This document shows, piece after piece, positions 24,075-31,073 of a DNA stretch of 31,073 nucleotides; the first letter of the stretch is position 1; each line of letters starts with the position of its first letter. The notes under the pieces were generated by a model. The model made no database searches and was not told the origin of the DNA. It was given only the letters and a program-made list of their open reading frames with translations. The position numbers and the translations under genes were made by a program. The DNA is from Minisyncoccota bacterium (GTDB taxonomy: Bacteria > Patescibacteriota > Minisyncoccia > Phycocordibacterales > UBA9973): NCBI GenBank assembly GCA_036169935.1, contig JAVHOH010000060.1:1-31073 (forward strand). The letters are read 5' to 3'.

Positions 24075-24083
24075 GACCTGTAA
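24065..24083 (+). repeat. REP copy upstream of the RAYT
   Basis: TTACAGGCAAGACCTGTAA, 19/19 identical to the reverse complement of 23380-23398. Confidence 0.85.
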
Positions 24084-24091
24084 TAATTGTT

Positions 24092-24511
24092 ATGAAGAAA
24101 ACAAAAATAATGGTCTTTGGAACCTTTGATGGTTTACACAAGGGACATATAAATTTTTTTAAACAGGCAAAAAAATTCATGAAGAGTTCATTTTTAATTG
24201 TTTCAATAGCTAGAGATAAGAATGTTCTTCGTCTAAAAGGGAAATATCCGGACAAAAATGAGCAAACGAGGATGATTTTGGTAAAAAAATGCAAGTTAGT
24301 TGATAAAGTGGTTCTTTCGGGTATAAAAAATCATCTTCCTCATATTATAAAAATGTGTCCGGATATTATTGCCCTTGGTTATGACCAAAAAGCTTATGTA
24401 AAAAATTTAAAAAAAGACTTGAAAAATAAAGGTATTCTAGTTAAAGTCGTACGTTTAAAACCATATAAAGAAAAAATTTACAAAAATTACTTGCTAAAAA
24501 AGAAAAGATAA
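24092..24511 (+). CDS. Cytidylyltransferase-family nucleotidyltransferase (RibL-type FAD synthase-like)
   Basis: MVFGTFDGLHKGH (HxGH); IARD; PDIIALGYDQ. Confidence 0.8.
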   Translation: MKKTKIMVFGTFDGLHKGHINFFKQAKKFMKSSFLIVSIARDKNVLRLKGKYPDKNEQTRMILVKKCKLVDKVVLSGIKNHLPHIIKMCPDIIALGYDQKAYVKNLKKDLKNKGILVKVVRLKPYKEKIYKNYLLKKKR

Positions 24512-24526
24512 ATATAATAAGTTATT

Positions 24527-25831
24527 ATGCAAGAAATAAATATAATAAAAATTATTAAAAGAAATTTTGCCAATAAAAATTTTGCTTTTGTTTTTTTTAC
24601 CAGTTTATTATCTTTTTTAATTATTGTTTTGGTCGGGTTTGGTTTGGTTTGGCATTATCGGGCGAATATTTTTGGATATTTTGCTAAAGAATATTTAACG
24701 GAAGAGAAAGTCGGGAGTAATAATATAAAAGATGCTACTGGGCAAATTATTGAGAAACAATCAATTTTTTCTCAGGATTTTGTTGTGATTGATGCGGTTA
24801 AAAAAACTAATCCAGCTGTTATCTCTATAATTATCTCTCAAAATGTTCCAAAATACGAAACCTATGTTGATCCAAATCAACAAACAAATCCATTTGGTGA
24901 CTTATTTCCGGGTTTTAATTTTAATATTCCGCAATATCGCCAAAATGGCACAGAAAAGAAAGATATTGGTGGCGGGTCTGGGTTTTTTGTTGGGAGTGAC
25001 GGTTTAATTGTTACCAATAAACATGTCGTTGATCAGAAAAATGCAGAATATACGGTATTTACCAATGATGGGAAGAAACATGCTGCAAAAGTTGTTGCCC
25101 GTGATCCGGTTTTGGACATTGCTCTTATCAAGATTGATGGTTCAGGTTATCCATTTCTTACTCTGGGTAATTCTGATTCTTTGGATGTCGGACAAAGCGT
25201 GATCGCTATTGGTAATGCGCTTGGAGAATATAGAAATACTGTTTCGGTTGGCGTAGTTTCCGGACTTTCGCGTTCAATAACAGCAGGAGATAATTCCGGC
25301 AATACGGAAGTTCTTGACCATGTAATTCAAACTGACGCGGCGATTAATCCGGGAAATTCCGGAGGACCCTTACTTAATCTTAAAGGGGAAGTAATTGGTG
25401 TAAATGTCGCTATTGCGCAAGGTTCTCAAAATGTCGGTTTTGCGCTTCCAATCAATAGTATTAAAGGTGTGGTGGAATCAGTAAAATCTACCGGGAAAAT
25501 TGTTCGTCCATATTTGGGTATTCGTTACGTGGCGATAAATGCAGAAATGAAAGATAAAAATAATTTAACCGTGGATTATGGAGTCCTGGTGAAAGTGGGG
25601 GAGACTGCGAATGATTTGGCGGTTATTCCGGGTTCTCCAGCGGACAAGGCGGGTATAGTAGAGAATGATATTATTTTAGAAATTGACGGGGTAAAATTGG
25701 ATGACAAAGTAAATTTTTCTTCTCTTATTCGCGATAAAAAAATAGGGCAAGTAATCAATCTAAAAGTTCTTCACAAAGGAGTGGAAAAAAATGTTCAGGT
25801 AACCCTAGAAGCCGCACCGAATGGGCAGTGA
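24527..25831 (+). CDS. htrA: HtrA/DegP-family serine protease (TM, trypsin domain, PDZ)
   Basis: GSGFFV, VTNKHVV (His), DIALIKI (Asp), TDAAINPGNSGGPL (Ser), PDZ GSPADKAGI...DII. Confidence 0.93.
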   Translation: MQEINIIKIIKRNFANKNFAFVFFTSLLSFLIIVLVGFGLVWHYRANIFGYFAKEYLTEEKVGSNNIKDATGQIIEKQSIFSQDFVVIDAVKKTNPAVISIIISQNVPKYETYVDPNQQTNPFGDLFPGFNFNIPQYRQNGTEKKDIGGGSGFFVGSDGLIVTNKHVVDQKNAEYTVFTNDGKKHAAKVVARDPVLDIALIKIDGSGYPFLTLGNSDSLDVGQSVIAIGNALGEYRNTVSVGVVSGLSRSITAGDNSGNTEVLDHVIQTDAAINPGNSGGPLLNLKGEVIGVNVAIAQGSQNVGFALPINSIKGVVESVKSTGKIVRPYLGIRYVAINAEMKDKNNLTVDYGVLVKVGETANDLAVIPGSPADKAGIVENDIILEIDGVKLDDKVNFSSLIRDKKIGQVINLKVLHKGVEKNVQVTLEAAPNGQ

Positions 25832-26983
25832 TTATATATCACTTTTCTTTATTGTCGAAGACAGATAAACTCCATAAAGCATCAGAGCACCAAGAATAAG
25901 AAAAATATAATTAAAAGACGGAACAAAAACAAAAACAATAAAAGTAGCGGCTGGACCTAAAATATAAGCAATAGGGGAAGAGGTGCGGTAAACTCCCACG
26001 AGTTCTTCATTTTCCGGTTTTATGTGTTTGAAAAAATGAACATCGATCATAAGTTCAATCATTGCAGCGCCAATTCTGGTAATAAATAACAGCACTGCCC
26101 ATATCCATACAGAATGTTCTTTTATAAAAAATAGCGATAGAGTCGCAAGGGAGGTTATACCAAATCCAAACATCAACATTTTTCTTTCACCAGCTTTGTC
26201 TGAATGCTTGCCTAACGGGGATTGAATCAATACAAATGGCAAAAGCATCACAGTAAATATTATGCCAATTTCCTTCCAACTAAATCCTAAATGCGCATGC
26301 AAATACATCGGCGTGTAAATAACCATAGAACAGAAAAAAAACTGAAGCAAAAAACTTATACCATATGCGCGGAAAAGATTTTTATTTTTAAAAAATTCCT
26401 TTATATATTTTAGAGATTTTATTTTATCGTATTTTGGGTCTGGTGTGTTTTTCAAATTCAAAAATGATATCAATAAAAATAACATCATTACGCAAAAACT
26501 GACAAAGTAAATTGTACTAAAAGAAAATCCTCCTAGAATTGTTCCAGAGGCTAATTGGGCTAAAATCCAAGCCAAGTTGCAGATAGTTAAATAAATGCCT
26601 CTAATTTTTCCGGTTGCCGGATCTTTAGAAAATATTTTTAAGATTTCGTCTAGGGAAAAAATTATCAAAGTGTTCATAGAGAAGCCCAAAATGAACATAA
26701 AAATTATACTCCAGACATTTTTTGTCAGAGCCAGCGCCAGAAAAGAAAAAGCGTCCAAAAAAATTATGGAAAGTAAAAATTTGTATCCGCCTATTCTTCT
26801 AAATATTTTTGGAGCTAATAGTAATGCCAAAATAGAACTAGCTGAGCCTAAAACATAAATAATACTCACGAACTTTTCGCCAACAAAAGAAGAAACAAAG
26901 CTGGAGTTTATATATGAAGCTAGGGCGATAGGAATGGAAAAAAGAAACCCAGCCAAGTATATTATTTTTCTGTTATGGCGCAT
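25832..26983 (-). CDS. Major facilitator superfamily transporter
   Basis: About 12 hydrophobic helices; loop motif PLGKHSDKAGERKML. Confidence 0.9.
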   Translation of the reverse strand: MRHNRKIIYLAGFLFSIPIALASYINSSFVSSFVGEKFVSIIYVLGSASSILALLLAPKIFRRIGGYKFLLSIIFLDAFSFLALALTKNVWSIIFMFILGFSMNTLIIFSLDEILKIFSKDPATGKIRGIYLTICNLAWILAQLASGTILGGFSFSTIYFVSFCVMMLFLLISFLNLKNTPDPKYDKIKSLKYIKEFFKNKNLFRAYGISFLLQFFFCSMVIYTPMYLHAHLGFSWKEIGIIFTVMLLPFVLIQSPLGKHSDKAGERKMLMFGFGITSLATLSLFFIKEHSVWIWAVLLFITRIGAAMIELMIDVHFFKHIKPENEELVGVYRTSSPIAYILGPAATFIVFVFVPSFNYIFLILGALMLYGVYLSSTIKKSDI

Positions 26984-27001
26984 AAATTAGTTATTTTTGC
27001 A

Positions 27002-28936
27002 TTATACACTTAAAATTACCGGAATAACCAAAGGTCTTTTGGCTGTTTTTTGATATAAGAATTTTGAGATATTTTCTCCTAAAGAGGCTTTAATATAGTC
27101 AAAATTTGTCGGATTACTGCTTAAATTATTACCTGATCGGACAGACATTTTTACGCTTGCGTCTTCTACTGATTTTTTAATAATAATTCTTACTTGACGC
27201 AGAAGTTCCTGATTTTCTTTTAGGTAGACAAATCCGCGAGAAATTAAATCTGGGGATTTTTTTAATTTTCCGGTTTTTTGATCCAGAAGTGCGATGACAA
27301 CAAACATTCCATCTTGAGAAAGCATTTGTCGGTCACGAATGACGATGTCTTGCGTGTCGCTAACAGAAGTCCCGTCTACCATCATCGGGTTTGAAGGTGC
27401 GCGTTCTTTGCGAGCCACTATCTTTTGCCCATCGGCGGATATTTCAATGATGGAACCATTGTCCGGAACGACAATATTTTCCTCCGGCATACCGAGTTCT
27501 ATCGCGAGCTCTTTATGTCGCACCAACATAGAGTGATGACCGTGAATAGGGATAAAGAATTTTGGATGAGTTTTCTTGTGGAGCCACTTGATGTCTTCTT
27601 GGTTGCCGTGTCCAGTCGCGTGCACAAAATCTTCACCGCCGGTGCGGTAACTTATAATACGTACGCCTTGTCTAGTGAGGCTATCCTTCATTTTTTGCAC
27701 TTGTAGTTCGTTGCCCGGCACGATAGAAGCCGAGAGGATGATGGTATCGCCCTTATGCAGAGCAAACTTTGTGTTGGATTTATTGGCTGCGCGGCTGAGA
27801 GCGGCGAATTCTTCTCCTTGCGCGCCGGTCATCAACACGACTACTTTGTTTGGAGGATAATTCTCTGCTTCTTCTAGTGGAATAATGGTTCCTTTCTTGG
27901 GGGTAAAGAATCCAGCTTCTATTGCCACATCAATGTTTGTCTTCATAGAGCGTCCATCAATAGCTATTTTCTTACCCAAGGCATCTGCTACTTTCACGAT
28001 ATGGGCCAGTCTCGTGATGTGTGAAGCGAAAGCTGCAATGATTATTCTTCCATTTATTTTTTTTATCAAATTTTCCAGTCCTTGATGTACTTTTATTTCT
28101 GGCAAAGAAAATCCCTCATTTTCAATGTTGGTGGAGTCGGTCATGAGTAAAAGTACCTTCGCTTTATCAAAGATAGAATATTCTTTTTCTTCTTCTTTAG
28201 AAACAATTCCGTCCACTTGATCAAGTTTGTAATCTCCCGGAGTAACAATCCATCCATGTTCGGTTTCTACTATTATTCCGAGCGAGTCGGGGATGGTGTG
28301 AGTGACACCGAAAAATTTTACTTTTATTTTTCCACAGGTTATAACAGAATCCGTTTCCACAATGTTTTCTTTCATTGGGGCTAGGTGTGGGAATTCCGCT
28401 TGGCGCTTTCTCATCAAGAGAATGGAAAATTTCCTGGAGTAAACAGGCGGGTTCCCGATACGGGAAAGTACCAAGGGTACGCCTCCGATGTGGTCCAGGT
28501 GTCCGTGGGTAATGAACAATGCTCGGATTTTATCCTTGCGTTCTTCTAAATAAGTTGTATTTGGAATAACATAATCAACTCCCGGAGTCGCTTCGGTGGA
28601 GAAATGCATACCAGCATCAATTACAATAATATCATCACCGATTTCTATTGCAGTCATATTTTTTCCTATTTCTTCCACTCCACCGAGCGGAATAATACGA
28701 ATTACCCCCGATTCTACCGGAGGAATTTTTTGATTCTTTTGATTTTTAGAATCAAAAGAACGAGGTCCTTTATTTTGTCCAAATCTTTTTTTGGTGTATT
28801 GGTAGGTAGAATTTTTAGCTATTCTTTTTCTCTCAGGAGAAGTCGGATGTCTGGATTCCAGATGCCCAACTACCGGCTTAGGTTTTTCATTTTCTATTTT
28901 GAGTGAAGAAAAAGGTAATCTTGTTTTTTTTGTCAT
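27002..28936 (-). CDS. rnj: Ribonuclease J
   Basis: IIPLGGVEEIGKNMT; THGHLDHIGG; THTIPD; GAQGE; HATGH; FIPIHG; DLISRGFVY. Confidence 0.95.
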   Translation of the reverse strand: MTKKTRLPFSSLKIENEKPKPVVGHLESRHPTSPERKRIAKNSTYQYTKKRFGQNKGPRSFDSKNQKNQKIPPVESGVIRIIPLGGVEEIGKNMTAIEIGDDIIVIDAGMHFSTEATPGVDYVIPNTTYLEERKDKIRALFITHGHLDHIGGVPLVLSRIGNPPVYSRKFSILLMRKRQAEFPHLAPMKENIVETDSVITCGKIKVKFFGVTHTIPDSLGIIVETEHGWIVTPGDYKLDQVDGIVSKEEEKEYSIFDKAKVLLLMTDSTNIENEGFSLPEIKVHQGLENLIKKINGRIIIAAFASHITRLAHIVKVADALGKKIAIDGRSMKTNIDVAIEAGFFTPKKGTIIPLEEAENYPPNKVVVLMTGAQGEEFAALSRAANKSNTKFALHKGDTIILSASIVPGNELQVQKMKDSLTRQGVRIISYRTGGEDFVHATGHGNQEDIKWLHKKTHPKFFIPIHGHHSMLVRHKELAIELGMPEENIVVPDNGSIIEISADGQKIVARKERAPSNPMMVDGTSVSDTQDIVIRDRQMLSQDGMFVVIALLDQKTGKLKKSPDLISRGFVYLKENQELLRQVRIIIKKSVEDASVKMSVRSGNNLSSNPTNFDYIKASLGENISKFLYQKTAKRPLVIPVILSV

Positions 28937-28966
28937 AATTATTTTTTAATCCCTAATGGGACAAGT

Positions 28967-30733
28967 TTATTTATTAAATATTTTCCAAATATTTTCTGTT
29001 TCGGTATACCATGAATATATATTTGAAAAACGATCTGCCGGAGTGATGATGTGGTTTATGGAAAGCCCCATTAAATTCTTAGATATCACATATATGAAAT
29101 TAGGACTATATAAAAAGACTGCAGGCATATCTTTTTTAATTTCAGCCTCGAATTGGGCGTATCTTTTAATTCTTTGTTGTTCTTCAATAGTGGTTGAGGC
29201 ATCTTCTAAAATTTTATCCACTTTTACGTTAGTATACATGGCGACATTAAATCCCGGATCTTTTCTTTGAGATGAGTGCCAAAAAGCATATAAGTCAGAT
29301 TCGTGGTTAATTATTTGTCCGAACAACAGAGCGTCATATTCACGAGGACGGATTACGCTTTGATTTAAATTGCCAACTTCAAAAGTTTTTATATCAACTT
29401 TTATTCCGACCGCGAGTAAGTCTTGTTTTATTAATTCTGCAGTTTTTGTAAGGTCTGGGGCATTTCCAGTTGAAATAGAAAATTGGAGGATAGTATTTGT
29501 TTTCTTTTTATTTTTATCAATGATTGTTTTTTGTAAAAATCCATCTGCATTTTTTGACCAACCATCTTTTTTTAAATTATTTTGTACATTTTTTAATATT
29601 TCTTCGCGGGAAGTATTACTGCTTACATTTAATTTTTGATATGAAATCATATTGGGTGGTATTGGGTCATCAATAGCGATTCCGTATCCAAAAAGCACTT
29701 CACGAATTATTTTATCTTTATCTATTGCTTGGTCGATAGCCTTGACGATGACTTTATCAGTAAAAAGATAATTTTTATTTTGGTTGAAAAAAAGTCCGAA
29801 TATTCGAGGAAGTACTGAAGATCCTATCTCATAATTTCTTTCTTTTAAAATGTCCGCATTTAAAGGAGTGATAGAACTTATTTGATTTACTTCTCCATTT
29901 TCAAGTGCTTTAATAAGGTCATCTTCATTTGAATAAAAATGCAAGTTTATTGTTTTAATATATGGTTCGCCTAAGGTGAATTTTTCGAATGATGTTAATT
30001 CGTAAGAGTTTATTGCTCCTGAAGATTCTTTTATCACACTTTTTATCATATAAGGTCCCGAACCGACCGGGGCAGTATTCGCGTTATTGAGTTCTATGGG
30101 AGAATTATTCCATAAAGATTGAGGCATTATTCCGAGCGTGGCGTTTTCTAAAAATGAAGGGTAGGGTTGTTTTAAAGTAAATTCTATTGTTTTATCATTT
30201 ATTTTTGTAACAGTTATTCCGTCCCAATCTATTTTGTGTAAACTTTTAATAATTGAATCCTTGACTCTATTTATGGTAAAAATCACATCTTCTGTGGTAA
30301 TTGGTTCTCCGTTTTGAAAATATATTTTGTCTTTTAAAGTAAAAGTATAAATCAATCCATTCTTGGACATTTCATATTTTTCTGCTAAATCAGGGATAAG
30401 GGTTCCATCTGGATTTTTTCTCATTAAACCGGAATAAATGAGAGTAGTCATATCTTGATCAACCGGAGAATTTGCCAGAATTGGATTTATAAAACGCGGA
30501 GTGCCGATAATGCCGACAGAGATAGATCCTCCATGAAAAGGCACTTTTACCATTAAGGATTTATTGATACTCTCAAGAATTGAGAGGGTACTAATCAGAA
30601 GCGTCAGAAGCAAGATAATAAAAACCATCTTTTCTTTTTTTGAGAAGAGATGAAAAACAGAATTAATTTGATCTTTTGTAGGCAATTTGCCAGCAATTTT
30701 TGACTGGCGTATCCGACTATAAAATTTTTCCAT
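28967..30733 (-). CDS. ABC transporter substrate-binding protein, family 5 (peptide/nickel), N-terminally anchored
   Basis: PRFINP; LIYSGLM; PDLAEKY; YTFTLK...FQNGEPITTEDVIFT; PVGSGPY; VKAIDQAIDK. No permease in the window. Confidence 0.9.
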   Translation of the reverse strand: MEKFYSRIRQSKIAGKLPTKDQINSVFHLFSKKEKMVFIILLLTLLISTLSILESINKSLMVKVPFHGGSISVGIIGTPRFINPILANSPVDQDMTTLIYSGLMRKNPDGTLIPDLAEKYEMSKNGLIYTFTLKDKIYFQNGEPITTEDVIFTINRVKDSIIKSLHKIDWDGITVTKINDKTIEFTLKQPYPSFLENATLGIMPQSLWNNSPIELNNANTAPVGSGPYMIKSVIKESSGAINSYELTSFEKFTLGEPYIKTINLHFYSNEDDLIKALENGEVNQISSITPLNADILKERNYEIGSSVLPRIFGLFFNQNKNYLFTDKVIVKAIDQAIDKDKIIREVLFGYGIAIDDPIPPNMISYQKLNVSSNTSREEILKNVQNNLKKDGWSKNADGFLQKTIIDKNKKKTNTILQFSISTGNAPDLTKTAELIKQDLLAVGIKVDIKTFEVGNLNQSVIRPREYDALLFGQIINHESDLYAFWHSSQRKDPGFNVAMYTNVKVDKILEDASTTIEEQQRIKRYAQFEAEIKKDMPAVFLYSPNFIYVISKNLMGLSINHIITPADRFSNIYSWYTETENIWKIFNK

Positions 30734-30743
30734 AATAAGAAAT

Positions 30744-30986
30744 TTAGAAACGAGCTTTTATTATTATACTGAGAAATGCAAATAAAGCAAAAAGAATTCC
30801 ACAAACGATGGACAAATAAAAAAGAAACTTTTCAAAGCCTCGACGGGTGTGGTGGAAAGAGTCGCTATCACTTCCGCCCAAAGCACCACCTAAACCGGCA
30901 GCAGATTGCTGAAGTAAGATAGCGGCTATCAATATTACTGAAAGGATAATCTGCGCATAGGGCAGAATTTTAACTACTAAATTCAT
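30744..30986 (-). CDS. secG: Preprotein translocase subunit SecG
   Basis: QIILSVILIAAILLQQ...GLGGALGG...TRRGFEKFL; two TMs. Confidence 0.9.
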   Translation of the reverse strand: MNLVVKILPYAQIILSVILIAAILLQQSAAGLGGALGGSDSDSFHHTRRGFEKFLFYLSIVCGILFALFAFLSIIIKARF

Positions 30987-31073
30987 AGGGCTATTATTAC
31001 ATAATAAAGCCCAAAACGCAAATAGTATTTTTCCGGTATTGTCTTTTTTGTTAAATATTTTATATAATACATA

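Noticed and set aside
30988-31012. Imperfect hairpin GGGCT...AGCCC just upstream of secG
   Set aside because: Weak, bulged, AT-rich stem; not distinguishable from chance without homologues.

Overview
AT-rich bacterial chromosome segment. The compact hypothetical genes, shortened RF2, secG-SBP-rnj and ftsE-ftsX-pyrG order, and near absence of Shine-Dalgarno motifs suggest a Patescibacteria/CPR (Parcubacteria-like) genome; this taxonomy is inference only. The genetic code is standard (TGA used as stop, RF2 present). 1-6890: accessory/defence block (type III R-M mod end and res, solo Cas4-like nuclease, unannotated 43-aa acidic microprotein, Nudix, MazG-like, APH-fold kinase, nucleotidyltransferase, peptidase E). 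6900-7430: hairpin-rich intergenic region. 7433-11857: tRNA-Thr(CGT), prfB, ftsE, ftsX, pyrG, tRNA-Gln(CTG). 11895-14022: zeta-toxin-like kinase with small partner, then a two-domain fusion. 14051-20974: envelope cluster with an ECF sigma/anti-sigma pair. 20961-24083: cobalamin-riboswitch operon next to a RAYT/REP element. 24092-30986: cytidylyltransferase-family enzyme, htrA, MFS, rnj, ABC solute-binding protein, secG. Best leads: (1) a cobalamin riboswitch over a transporter-less, surface-exported, transcobalamin-like two-gene module; (2) an ECF mini-regulon defined by two identical TGAAAC-N17-CGTA promoters, one inside the sigma gene and one before an 11-mer-repeat secreted protein; (3) a REPtron whose REP encodes the RAYT C-terminus and supplies its -35 box; (4) widespread leaderless-type promoters and a prfB start 1 nt after a tRNA. 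Family assignments come from motif recognition; no searches were run.
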